NCBI GenBank assembly: GCA_036574205.1
Contig: JAINCQ010000018.1
Coordinates: forward strand, 64,001-128,000
Source of the DNA: Elusimicrobiota bacterium
GTDB taxonomy: Bacteria > Elusimicrobiota > Elusimicrobia > Elusimicrobiales > UBA9959
Direction of reading: 5' to 3'
Length of the DNA stretch: 64,000 bases
Notes under the pieces: generated by a model
What the model was told of the DNA's origin: nothing
Seen by the model: the letters and a program-made list of their open reading frames with translations, nothing else
The model's database searches: none
Made by a program: the position numbers and the translations under genes
Shown here: positions 19,496 through 29,657 of the stretch, one piece after another
Layout of the letters: every line of letters begins with the position of its first letter
Position numbering within the stretch: the first letter of the stretch is position 1

Positions 19496-20465
19496 TATAT
19501 ATAAATCAATTTTTCTTGAAATTTCATCTATTGCTGTTATAATATTTAGCAAAACTTTTCCATCTGTTTTAGCTTTTTTTATTTTACATGGATTAGCCAG
19601 TTTTTTGATTTCACAAATAATAATTTCTCTGATGCCTGCAAATTATAAGAAAAAATATCTATTTAATTTATTTTTTATGACTGTTTTAAACACTGCAACT
19701 TTATTTTTAGGCTATGCCGCATCTTTTTATTTAGCAACAGTGCTGCTTAGAAAGCAAAAAATGTCAGCAAAATATGATATTTGCTCCATAGATTCTTCAC
19801 AACTTATGCTTTTTCCATCAGTAAAAAGAGAACTTGGCGAAGGATCAGCATCGTTATCGGGTAAAAAAATACCAAAAGAAATAAAATTAAAAATTATGGA
19901 AACTTTTTCTAAAGAAATAACTCCAGAGTCCATAAAAATAATAAAAAATTTACTTACAGATGAAGACTATGAAATAAGGCTTTATAGTTTCCAGGCTTTG
20001 AATAGTCTTAAAAATGAGATAAACTTAAAAATAAACGAAGCTCTTAATGAGCTTGAGAAAGAAAAAGACAATTTTAAAAAAGCTCAAATTAATAAAAAAC
20101 TTGCACTTTTTTATTTTGATATGTTTGATTTAGAACTTTCAGAAGAGAGTTTAAGTGATTTTTTTATTGAGAGGTCTTTATATCATCTAAATCTTGCAGA
20201 AGAATTCATGGGAGATGGAGAATTGCTTTTTATAAAAGCCAAAATAATGAATATAAAAGGAGAAAAATTAGCAGCAATTGATTTTTTTAATAAAGCAGTA
20301 AAATATGGAATTGATGAACATATGGCATATCCATTGATTGCTGAAATATATTTTGAATTAAAAAATTACCAAAAGGTAAGAGAAATCTTATCAAAAGATT
20401 TTTCTATTAAACTTGACTTTCATACAAAACCTATAGCTGATATTTGGGAGGCTCACATTGCTTAA
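19482..20465 (+). CDS. pelE: PelE-like membrane protein with HEAT/TPR region
   Basis: N-terminal TM helices, LTDEDYEIRLYSF motif, TPR-like C-terminus, position between pelD and pelF. Confidence 0.78.
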   Translation: MNPGNIYKSIFLEISSIAVIIFSKTFPSVLAFFILHGLASFLISQIIISLMPANYKKKYLFNLFFMTVLNTATLFLGYAASFYLATVLLRKQKMSAKYDICSIDSSQLMLFPSVKRELGEGSASLSGKKIPKEIKLKIMETFSKEITPESIKIIKNLLTDEDYEIRLYSFQALNSLKNEINLKINEALNELEKEKDNFKKAQINKKLALFYFDMFDLELSEESLSDFFIERSLYHLNLAEEFMGDGELLFIKAKIMNIKGEKLAAIDFFNKAVKYGIDEHMAYPLIAEIYFELKNYQKVREILSKDFSIKLDFHTKPIADIWEAHIA

Positions 20466-21966
20466 AAGAACTGCCTTGAAAGTTGATATAATGCTTATCT
20501 GCGAAGGCACCTTCCCATATATAAAAGGTGGGGTTTCTTCATGGATAAATCAGCTTATAAAAGGTTTACCTCAATTTGATTTTGGAATAATATTTTTGGG
20601 AGGGACAAAAAAAGATTATAAGGAACCTCAATATGAATTTCCTGACAATTTAAAGCATTTTGAAGAACATTTTCTTTTTGAAAATATATCACCTAAAGAA
20701 TCAATACGCCAGATTGAAGGCAAAAAAGATTTAGTGGAAAAAATGCGTGCGCTTCACTATTGGTTCAGGACACATGGAGACACGCTGGCTGAAGAGATAA
20801 AAAAACTTGATTTTTACAAACAAATAGATTATGAGCAATTTTTAAGATCAAAAAAATCTTTTTCTTTTATAATATCTGAATATGAGAAAAATTGTCCGCA
20901 AGTTCCTTTTGTTGAATATTTTTGGACTGTAAGAAATATTCATTCCCCCATCTGGATAGTTGCTAATGCGGCGATGAAAGCTCCTGAATTTTCAGTTATA
21001 CATTCTCCATCAACAGGATATGCTGGATTATTGGCTTCTTTTTTGAAAAATAATTATAAAAAAAAATTTATTCTTACAGAACATGGCATATATCTTCTTG
21101 AAAGAAAAATCGACATCATGCTTTCTAAATGGATAGAAGAATACAGAATAAATTTACTAAAAAGCTCTGGAGAAAAAAATTACATAAAAGAACTATGGAT
21201 AAGATTTTTTCAAGGTATAAATAAATTTGCATATGAAAGCGCAGATGAAATAATTTCTCTTTATTCAGGAGCAAAGAATATTCAAATAACATATGGAGCA
21301 AATCCAGATAAAACAAAGGTAATTCCTAATGGCATAGATCCAGATAAATTTTCTGAAAGCCTAAAAAAAAGAAGTGATAAAATTCCACCCGTTATATCAT
21401 TAGTAGGGAGAGTTGTTCCGATAAAAGATGTTAAAACTTTTATTACAGCGATAAAAATAGCATGCGCTTCAATGCCTGAAATTGAAGGCTGGATAGCAGG
21501 TCCTTACGATGAAGATAAAGAATACTATAATGAATGCCTTCAGCTTGTAAGAACTTTTAATCTTGAAAAAAAAATAAAATTTCTGGGTTTTCAAAAAATG
21601 GAAGATTTGCTTCCAAAAACCGGACTACTTACACTAACATCTATAAGTGAAGGTATGCCTCTGGTCATACTTGAAGGATTTGCGGCAGGTGTGCCAGCTG
21701 TGGCAACTGATGTTGGAGCATGCGCTGAACTAATATATGGCAAAGATGAAGAAGACATTAAACTTGGGAAAGCAGGAGAAATAGTGCCTGTTGCAAATCC
21801 AAAAGCTTTAGCACATGCTTATATAAGTATTTTAACTAATAAAGAATTATGGCTTAAATATTCTGATACAGGATTAAAAAGGCTAAAACTCTATTATAAT
21901 GAAAAAGACTTACTTGCAAAATATGCGGATATATATAAAAAATCTATAAATGGGGATAAAAAGTAA
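20458..21966 (+). CDS. pelF: GT4 glycosyltransferase PelF
   Basis: EGTFPYIKGGVSSW, STGYAG, LTEHGIY, GRVVPIKDVKTFI, SISEGMPL. Confidence 0.94.
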   Translation: MLKRTALKVDIMLICEGTFPYIKGGVSSWINQLIKGLPQFDFGIIFLGGTKKDYKEPQYEFPDNLKHFEEHFLFENISPKESIRQIEGKKDLVEKMRALHYWFRTHGDTLAEEIKKLDFYKQIDYEQFLRSKKSFSFIISEYEKNCPQVPFVEYFWTVRNIHSPIWIVANAAMKAPEFSVIHSPSTGYAGLLASFLKNNYKKKFILTEHGIYLLERKIDIMLSKWIEEYRINLLKSSGEKNYIKELWIRFFQGINKFAYESADEIISLYSGAKNIQITYGANPDKTKVIPNGIDPDKFSESLKKRSDKIPPVISLVGRVVPIKDVKTFITAIKIACASMPEIEGWIAGPYDEDKEYYNECLQLVRTFNLEKKIKFLGFQKMEDLLPKTGLLTLTSISEGMPLVILEGFAAGVPAVATDVGACAELIYGKDEEDIKLGKAGEIVPVANPKALAHAYISILTNKELWLKYSDTGLKRLKLYYNEKDLLAKYADIYKKSINGDKK

Positions 21967-23345
21967 TGGCAGGAATAGGATTTGAATTAAAAAAAATGTT
22001 TAAAGAAGACAGGCTTTCTTCAATTTTTAAAGTATATGGCTATTCTGCACTGCTAAGTTCAGGCACATGGATGATTTCTATTTTCAGTATAATGTTTATA
22101 GGTCTTATAAAAACATATCAAAAAGAAAATCTTTCAGATATTATAAAATTTCAGGTATCCATAACATATCTTCTTGCTCTTAGTTTAATTTTTTCAAGTT
22201 TTTTTCAGCTTTCATTTTCAAGATATATAGCTGACAGGATTTTTCATAAAAATCAGGAAAAAATACTACCAGGATTTATAGGTGTTTTATTTTTAACTTT
22301 TACTTCAGGACTTTTGTTCATACTTTCTTTTTCATTTATTTTCCTTTCAAACACAAGCCCATCTTATATAATATTGTTTTGCGGGTCTTTTTTAGTTCTA
22401 ACAGGTATGTGGATAGCCAATACTCTTCTTTTAGGAATAAAAAGATATAAAATAATATTCATCGCCTATCTTATTTCCTATTCTATTGTAATGATACTTG
22501 CATTTACAGCCGGAAAATTTAAACTTGAAGGACTGATGTTTTCTTTTTTTACAGGCAATGCAATACTTTTCTTTTTTTTATCAGCAATAATAATTTACAA
22601 TTATCATTCTGGCGATTTTATAGATTTTGATTTCTTAACAAGTAAAAAATATAGGCTTTTGCCTTCTCTTATATTTGGATCTATTTTTTATAATCTGGGA
22701 GTATGGATAGATAAATTTTTTTTCTGGTTTTCACCAAATACAGGGTATAATGTAATAGGAAAACTTAATGCCTCAGTTGTGTATGATTTGCCGATCTTTC
22801 TTGCCTATCTTTCAATAATCCCTGGAATGGCTATTTTTTTTTACAGGCTTGAAGCAGATTTTGCAGAAAAATATGAATTATTTTATAAGGCAGTAAGGGA
22901 AGGCGGAACTTATTCTGAAATTAGAGATTATAAAGAAGAAATGGTTGATACTGTAAGGATTATGATAAGAGAAGTTATAGTTATACAAGGCATATTTGAT
23001 CTTCTTGTATACTTCTATTCACCGTCAATTTTTGAAATGTTGAATATGCCTAAACTGTATTTACCATTGTTTCATATAGACCTTATTGGAGTTCAACTAC
23101 AACTTGGATTTATGGCAATGCTCAGTGTTCTTTACTATCTGGATAAAAGGACTGAGGCAATGTTTGCGTCTTTAATTTTCTTAATAACAAACTCTATATT
23201 TGCCATACTAACTATAAAATATATGGGTCCTTTTTATTTTGGATATGGATTTTCCATATCTGCATTTATTTCATTTTTAATTTCTATATATATGCTAAGA
23301 GAAGCCCTAAGGAAACTTGAATATGAGACTTTTATGCTTATATAA
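21966..23345 (+). CDS. pelG: Exopolysaccharide Pel transporter PelG
   Basis: MAGIGFELKK N-terminus, about 12 TM helices, WIDKFFFW, YDLPIFLAYLSIIPGMA. Confidence 0.94.
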   Translation: MAGIGFELKKMFKEDRLSSIFKVYGYSALLSSGTWMISIFSIMFIGLIKTYQKENLSDIIKFQVSITYLLALSLIFSSFFQLSFSRYIADRIFHKNQEKILPGFIGVLFLTFTSGLLFILSFSFIFLSNTSPSYIILFCGSFLVLTGMWIANTLLLGIKRYKIIFIAYLISYSIVMILAFTAGKFKLEGLMFSFFTGNAILFFFLSAIIIYNYHSGDFIDFDFLTSKKYRLLPSLIFGSIFYNLGVWIDKFFFWFSPNTGYNVIGKLNASVVYDLPIFLAYLSIIPGMAIFFYRLEADFAEKYELFYKAVREGGTYSEIRDYKEEMVDTVRIMIREVIVIQGIFDLLVYFYSPSIFEMLNMPKLYLPLFHIDLIGVQLQLGFMAMLSVLYYLDKRTEAMFASLIFLITNSIFAILTIKYMGPFYFGYGFSISAFISFLISIYMLREALRKLEYETFMLI

Positions 23346-25992
23346 ACACATAATTTTACTGCTTGTATTGCCAGCAATACTTGCAGCGGAAAAAACTGCT
23401 ATCTATTATGGAAAAGATTTTCCTCGTGAAAAGCTGTCTTTTTTTGATAATATTATTGTTCAACCTGATAATGTACCCATAGAGCTTATATCAAAAAATC
23501 CTGAAAAATTTTATGCTTATATAAGCGTTTGTGAAAGCGATGAAGAGTTGCCTGAAGATTTAAAAATAGGTGAAAATAAAGATTGGAAAACATATATATG
23601 GGATATGAGAAAAGTTCAATATAGAGAACTTCTTGAAGAAAAAGCCAGAAAAATATATCAGAGGGGGTTTAGAAATTTTTTTCTTGATACTCTGGATTCA
23701 TATATACCTTTAATTGAAAATCAAGAAGAGAAAGATAAATATGCAGCTGGAATAATTGAATTTATAAAAAAACTTAAAGAAAATTTTCCTGACTCAAAGA
23801 TAATAATTAATCGTGGATTTGAAATAATGAGAGATATAAAAAAATACTCAGATTCAATGGTAGCTGAGTCTTTGTATAAAGCTTACGATCCAGTTAAATC
23901 TATATATTATGATAAAAAAACAGAAGATTCATTATGGCTTAAAGGAAAACTTAAAGAAGCTCAAGAACTTGGTTATTCAATTACAGTAGTAGACTATCTT
24001 CCGCCAACAGAAAAAAGCAAAAGGCTTGAGCTTGCAAGAAAAATAAAAAAAGATGGTTTTTCTCCTTACATTTCAGATGGAAACCTTGAATTCTGGGGTC
24101 AGACAGAATATGAAAAAATAAAAAGAAAAATTCTTGTATTTTATGATTCTTCAATTTCTTATGATAAAGTTTATTCTCAAGCTCATAGAATAGTCTCAGG
24201 CCCAATTGAGTATCTGGGATATATCCCTGTATTGTTAGATATAAAGAATGGCTTACCTGAAAAAACAGATGATTTTTCAGGGGTAATTTTTGTTCTTGGA
24301 AATTATAAAACAAAAAATCCTGATGAACTTATAAACTGGATAAACCAAAAAATAAAAGAAGGATTGAAATTTGTTTTTCTTGGATATATCCCATTGCCTT
24401 TGGAAAGATATTATTTAAATCAACTGGGAATTAATGTAGAGAAAAATCTTTCTGTTATGAGTAAAAAAAATAAAACAATTACGAATAAAAAATATATTGG
24501 AGAAATTGCTCCATATTTTTATTACACGGAAAATTTTCTCTCTATTTCTTCTGGAGTGGTTGTATCGCAGTCAATAAACGATAAGGGGCAAAAGCATAGT
24601 CAAGCAGCGATAACCCAATGGGGTGGATATGCAATTGATGGATCATGGCTAGAAATGATTAAAGATTATGAAGTTTTACCAATTAATCTTTATACTTTTT
24701 TAAAAGATACATTAAGGTTACCTGATATACCCATACCAGATCCTACTACGGAAAATGGCAGGAGAATAATGTTTGCTCATATAGATGGGGATGGTTTTTC
24801 ATCTTTATGTGAATATAACAACTCTTTATATAGCGGAGAAGTACTTATCAAAGAAATATTAACAAAATACAAAATTCCACATTCAGTTTCTGTTATAAGA
24901 GGAGAAATAGAGCATCCTTCTTTAACAAAAGAAATTCAGGAAAGGCTAAAAAAAATTGCTAAAGAAATTTTCAAACTTGAAAATGTGGAAGTAGGGAATC
25001 ACTCTTACTCACATCCTTTTAAATGGGTAGACATCACAAGAAATTTTGAGTATCATAATGTTAAGCAAATTTATGGACTTAATATACCCGGATATACATT
25101 CAATCTTGAATATGAAATAATTGGAACAAAAAAGTGGCTTGAAGAAGAGCTTGCTCCACAAGGCAAAAAAAATAAAATATTTTTTTGGACAGGTGACTGT
25201 ATAGCTCCATCTTCAGCACTTAAAATTTTAAATGATAATAAAATGTTAAATATAAACGGAGGAAACACATTCGCCACAAAAGAGGCTCCCTATATTTCTC
25301 TAATTTCCCCTTATGGGATTGAAAGAGACGGATATTACCAGATATATGCAGGACAGCAAAACGAAAATGTTTATACAGGTTTACGGACAGGACCTTTCTG
25401 GGGTTATAAAAAAGTTATTGAAACTTTTGTTCTTACAGAAAACCCAAGAAGATTAAAACCTCTTAACATATATTATCATTTTTATTCTGCTACAAAATAT
25501 CCTTCACTTAAAGCTCTTAAAGATGTTTATGATTATGCTATGAAACAAAAAACAAATCCTCAATATGCTTCTCAATATGTGAAAAAAGTTAAAGATTTTT
25601 ATGAATGCGAGATTTACAATTATGAAAATGAATGGGTGATTTCATCTTCTGGAGATTTAAAAACATTCAGAGTTGCTTCTAATAGATATCCTGAAATATA
25701 TGCATCAGCAGCAGGATTTGAAAAAAATAAAAATGAAAATTATATACATCTTTTTGGTAAACCTCCATTTTATCTTATTTTAACTAATAAAAAACCTTCT
25801 GTGCCTTATTTAAAAAATTCCAATGCATCCATAATTGATTTTAAAAGTGAAAATAAAAAAATCTACATAAAGTTGCAGGGAAATGTGAAAATAGAATATG
25901 AAATTGGGAATAATAATGGATGTGAAATAATTGAAAAAAATAATAACAAAAATAATTTCTTCGAGAAAGAAATATATGGAAAATGCAAATAG
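23323..25992 (+). CDS. pelA: PelA-like bifunctional glycoside hydrolase / polysaccharide deacetylase
   Basis: Signal peptide; hydrolase motifs FFLDTLDSY, NRGFE, AESL; deacetylase motifs HIDGDG, HSYSHPF, WTGDC, YYHFYS. Confidence 0.9.
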   Translation: MRLLCLYKHIILLLVLPAILAAEKTAIYYGKDFPREKLSFFDNIIVQPDNVPIELISKNPEKFYAYISVCESDEELPEDLKIGENKDWKTYIWDMRKVQYRELLEEKARKIYQRGFRNFFLDTLDSYIPLIENQEEKDKYAAGIIEFIKKLKENFPDSKIIINRGFEIMRDIKKYSDSMVAESLYKAYDPVKSIYYDKKTEDSLWLKGKLKEAQELGYSITVVDYLPPTEKSKRLELARKIKKDGFSPYISDGNLEFWGQTEYEKIKRKILVFYDSSISYDKVYSQAHRIVSGPIEYLGYIPVLLDIKNGLPEKTDDFSGVIFVLGNYKTKNPDELINWINQKIKEGLKFVFLGYIPLPLERYYLNQLGINVEKNLSVMSKKNKTITNKKYIGEIAPYFYYTENFLSISSGVVVSQSINDKGQKHSQAAITQWGGYAIDGSWLEMIKDYEVLPINLYTFLKDTLRLPDIPIPDPTTENGRRIMFAHIDGDGFSSLCEYNNSLYSGEVLIKEILTKYKIPHSVSVIRGEIEHPSLTKEIQERLKKIAKEIFKLENVEVGNHSYSHPFKWVDITRNFEYHNVKQIYGLNIPGYTFNLEYEIIGTKKWLEEELAPQGKKNKIFFWTGDCIAPSSALKILNDNKMLNINGGNTFATKEAPYISLISPYGIERDGYYQIYAGQQNENVYTGLRTGPFWGYKKVIETFVLTENPRRLKPLNIYYHFYSATKYPSLKALKDVYDYAMKQKTNPQYASQYVKKVKDFYECEIYNYENEWVISSSGDLKTFRVASNRYPEIYASAAGFEKNKNENYIHLFGKPPFYLILTNKKPSVPYLKNSNASIIDFKSENKKIYIKLQGNVKIEYEIGNNNGCEIIEKNNNKNNFFEKEIYGKCK

Positions 25993-26731
25993 AAAAGAAG
26001 TTTTAATAGCTTATGACAGAGAAATATTTCTTATTTTTCTTATATTTTCTTTTCTATTATACGCTCTTTATCCAAAAGACAAACTTGCTATGTATGCTAT
26101 AAATGAAGATAAAAATTATGATTTAACAGAGCTTTATTTAAGGAATATGTATAAAAAATATCCACAAAATACTGATTTAATTTTTGCTCTTTGCGATGTT
26201 TATATAAAACAGAAAAAATTTCAGAAAGCCATAGAAATAATAAATGAGATTTCCAATATAAATGATACTGAAATAAAAGCAAAATCCAGCCTTTATCTTG
26301 CAAGAATAAAGCTTTACTCACTTGATCCTCACTCTGATGATTTCAATGAAAATCTGCTTTACCTTAAAAAATATTATTCTTCTTCAGATTTGTTACTAAA
26401 AAACTCTGAAAAAGAAAAAATACTTGAAGAGTATTCTTTTAGACTTATGAGTATGGGACTTTATAAAGAAGCATTTGAAGGTTTACTGGCTATATTAAAT
26501 TCCAACTCCTCTCAAGAATATAAGGAAATGGCTCTTAAACAAATAGCAAAAGTCATAAGGGCTGGCGGGCTATTAAAAGAACAAGCACCAAAACTTTCAA
26601 CTTTTGAAAACATTTTTTTAAAAAATGATGAAAGCGCAAATATTATTCTTAAAATATACTTAGAAGTTGGCAGAGTTGATCTTGCACGCGCATATGCATT
26701 GAAAATTCTTAAAGCAAAAAAGATTATATGA
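25976..26731 (+). CDS. PelB N-terminal-like TPR protein (first part of split pelB)
   Basis: TM anchor ending LYP, then DLTELYLRNMYKKYPQN, which resembles the PelB N-terminus. Stop overlaps the next start (ATGA). Confidence 0.65.
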   Translation: MENANRKEVLIAYDREIFLIFLIFSFLLYALYPKDKLAMYAINEDKNYDLTELYLRNMYKKYPQNTDLIFALCDVYIKQKKFQKAIEIINEISNINDTEIKAKSSLYLARIKLYSLDPHSDDFNENLLYLKKYYSSSDLLLKNSEKEKILEEYSFRLMSMGLYKEAFEGLLAILNSNSSQEYKEMALKQIAKVIRAGGLLKEQAPKLSTFENIFLKNDESANIILKIYLEVGRVDLARAYALKILKAKKII

Positions 26732-29367
26732 AGAAAAAATTAATAGTCATAACTTTGCTGCTTTTCACAACAAAAATTTTTCCATCTCCGCAGGAAAATC
26801 TTATGGACTTATCATATCAAAGTTTTGTTTATACAAAAGATTTAGAAAATGCTTATTTAATTGCCAAAAAAGCAACCAAAATGTATCCTCAAGATCTTAA
26901 ATGGCAAAATAGGCTTGCTCAAGTTTGTATGTGGACATCAAGGCAGGAAGAAGCTATAAAAATTTATAAGAAACTTTATTCAATAAAAAAAGATTTTTCT
27001 ATAGTTGAGCCGTACCTGTCAGAAATAAAAAGGATAGATAAAGATTTTTATGAAAGTATTTTAATAGAAAAAATAAGAGATTCTTATTCAGAAAAAGAGT
27101 TAACCTTGCTTTTTTCATTTTATATAGAAAATGGGGAAAAAGAAAAACTTTATAATCTACTAAGCAAATACGAAAACAAAATAAGAGACAAAAAAATTTT
27201 TTCTGAAATTGCTTTCTTTTTACTTGAGACAGGAAATGTAGAAAAAGCAATTTCCTTATATGAGAAATCCTTAAAACCTGATGAATGTTTTTTTTATAAA
27301 AGAGCTGGCTGGCTTTATTTTGCTTCAAAACAAAACAATAAAGCAATAGAGATTCTTTCTACCAACCTTAATAAATGCCTTAATGAAGAAGAATTTCCTC
27401 ATCTTCTTGCGGATATAGCATTAATAAATGGAGATTTTGAAATTGAAATGAAAGCCAGAAACTTAGCATATAAATCAGGAAATTATAGGGAAATAGACGC
27501 TGAAATACTTTTTAAATATTATTTTCCAGGACAAAAAGAAATTGCAAGAGATATAGCGCTTTCTGCCTGGAAAAAATTTTCCAAAAAATATTTCTTTCAA
27601 CTTTTTCTTTCAACTTACCAGAACCCAAAAGAAAAACTTTACAATTTAAAACTTTTTTCCCCAGAAAGTATTTACGAACAGGATTTTTTCAATGTATATC
27701 TTGAAAACTTTAATTTATTATCAGCTAAAGAAAAAGAAATTTTAAAAGAAATAGCATTTAAATCAGAAGATGAGAATATCCTTTCCTCATACCTCTGGAC
27801 TCTTGTCTCATCAGGCAATTTTGAAGAAAGAAAAAAAGCAGCTTTGAATTTTTCTTGTTCGCTTAATAAAAAAACTAACTCATTGTTAGCACTTGCATTT
27901 TTGAAAATGTCTGTACATATGTATAGAGATGCTATGGCTTGTATTACTCTTTATGGACGAAATTTTCCAAATTCTCCTCATTTTTTAATAAATTATGGTG
28001 ATTTTTTGCAAAATGCTGGATTTGATACTGAATCAACTTTTTACAAAAGACTTGCCTACGAAAGTTATCTAAGAAATCCACCTTTTGACTTGCAAAACAT
28101 AGCAAATTTTTTAAGGCTATCAATGGAATTTTCAGACTCTTATAACTATGAGGAAATGCTTAATAGTTATAAAGATAAAATTTCAACCAATGATTATTAC
28201 GATTTATACATTTCATTTTTGATTTCAAAAAACCTTCCAGAAAAAACTGCATATACAATTAAAAATAGTTCTCACAAACCTGATTGGGCAAGATTCTATC
28301 TTTTTACTAATAAACTGGGGGAGTTTGAAAAAAATTCAGTCTCAGGAGACAACCCAGAGTTGCTTTCCTCTTTTTACTTACTTAATAAAAACATATCTTA
28401 TGCAATTGAAAATTTATGGAAAGCCTTAGAAAACGCTCCTGATTCTTATGTGTCACAAAATGCATGGAGAGACATTTCTGAAAAAATATATCCACTCTAC
28501 AATATAACAGGGGAATACTCTTACAGAGACTTTGCTGAAAAAAAAGAAATTTCAGCAGGTTTTTCTAAAATTATCTCAAAAAAAGTAAAAGCAAATGTTA
28601 AGATTTCATCATGGGATATGAATCTTTTATCAAAGCAGGATTTTTCTACAAAAAACATAAACGGAAGTAATATATATCTTGGTCTTGATGGCAATAATTG
28701 GTCAATATATGCAGGATATGAAAAAAAAATGAAAGATTTTTATCCTGTTAAAATGGAAATTAATCTTCCATTTAAAAATGTTAATTACAAAACCTCGCTT
28801 TCTATAAATAATACAAGCAAAGATACTTTTCTATTAGAGATATCAGGTATGGAAAACTCTTTATATCAAGAATTAAACTTTAAAACAGGTTATGGATCTT
28901 TTGTTAACGCAAACTTACTAATTTACGAATATTATGATCAAAACGGTTTATATTTAGGCAAAGGTTTAAAGGAAGAAATTTCCTTTTTTAAAAAAATGCG
29001 CTTTTTCTCATTACGCCCATACTTAAAGCAAGCATCTTATTCAAAAGCTCCATACTCATCAAAAGCATTGGCTTATAAAATTTCTTCTTACAATCCAGTG
29101 TTAATTCTGCCTGAAAATTTTAAAGAGGCAGGTTTATCCATATATTTATTTGAAAAAAACAGACCCAGAAAAACAAGATGGAATTTTCCACTAAATTTAA
29201 ATATCTCTTACAACTCATCAACAAAAATGTATTATTCGGCAAATGTAAGATTGATTAAAGAAATAAGAAAAAAAGGAGACATCTCAATTGATATAGGTTA
29301 TTCAAAAGCTAATTCAACCAACAAGGATTCCATATTTTCCTGTAAGGCTTTGCTGAATTTTAGATAA
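26728..29367 (+). CDS. pelB: PelB-like TPR + C-terminal beta-barrel export protein
   Basis: Own signal peptide, PQDLKWQNRLAQVCMW motif, helical repeats, beta-rich C-terminus with penultimate Phe. Confidence 0.75.
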   Translation: MKKKLIVITLLLFTTKIFPSPQENLMDLSYQSFVYTKDLENAYLIAKKATKMYPQDLKWQNRLAQVCMWTSRQEEAIKIYKKLYSIKKDFSIVEPYLSEIKRIDKDFYESILIEKIRDSYSEKELTLLFSFYIENGEKEKLYNLLSKYENKIRDKKIFSEIAFFLLETGNVEKAISLYEKSLKPDECFFYKRAGWLYFASKQNNKAIEILSTNLNKCLNEEEFPHLLADIALINGDFEIEMKARNLAYKSGNYREIDAEILFKYYFPGQKEIARDIALSAWKKFSKKYFFQLFLSTYQNPKEKLYNLKLFSPESIYEQDFFNVYLENFNLLSAKEKEILKEIAFKSEDENILSSYLWTLVSSGNFEERKKAALNFSCSLNKKTNSLLALAFLKMSVHMYRDAMACITLYGRNFPNSPHFLINYGDFLQNAGFDTESTFYKRLAYESYLRNPPFDLQNIANFLRLSMEFSDSYNYEEMLNSYKDKISTNDYYDLYISFLISKNLPEKTAYTIKNSSHKPDWARFYLFTNKLGEFEKNSVSGDNPELLSSFYLLNKNISYAIENLWKALENAPDSYVSQNAWRDISEKIYPLYNITGEYSYRDFAEKKEISAGFSKIISKKVKANVKISSWDMNLLSKQDFSTKNINGSNIYLGLDGNNWSIYAGYEKKMKDFYPVKMEINLPFKNVNYKTSLSINNTSKDTFLLEISGMENSLYQELNFKTGYGSFVNANLLIYEYYDQNGLYLGKGLKEEISFFKKMRFFSLRPYLKQASYSKAPYSSKALAYKISSYNPVLILPENFKEAGLSIYLFEKNRPRKTRWNFPLNLNISYNSSTKMYYSANVRLIKEIRKKGDISIDIGYSKANSTNKDSIFSCKALLNFR

Positions 29368-29452
29368 TTTAAGTATGACTCATACAGAATTTTTTTATAG
29401 CATTTAGTCTTTTTTCTGTGCTTTGTGTGGTAAGTAATGACCTTTGTGTGAA

Positions 29453-29591
29453 CTATTCCTTCTTAAGCTTATGTGATAATGTGCTGGGACTGCGATTAAG
29501 AATTCCTGCTATTTCCCTGAATTTTAAGCCTCGCCTTTGTAAAACTAACAGTTTGTTGTGCTCATAATTTGTTTAAGTGTTTGTATTTTAT
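29453..29591 (-). pseudogene. IS30-family transposase N-terminal remnant
   Basis: After the SD GAGG: (ATA)KYKHLNK, frameshift, then YEHNKLLVLQRRGLKFREIAGILNRSPSTLSHKLK, matching the IS30 HTH consensus REIA..L.RSPST.SREL.R. Confidence 0.75.
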
Positions 29592-29624
29592 ATCTACCTC
29601 TTATTCTACGGCAAATATGTTTTT

Positions 29625-29650
29625 TGTTGTGTTAGTGTTTTGAACTCGTG
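29625..29650 (-). mobile_element. Probable IS30-type terminal inverted repeat
   Basis: CACGAGTTCAAAACACTAACACAACA just upstream of the IS30 remnant; a related sequence occurs at 43687-43711. Confidence 0.5.
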
Positions 29651-29657
29651 TATCTAT

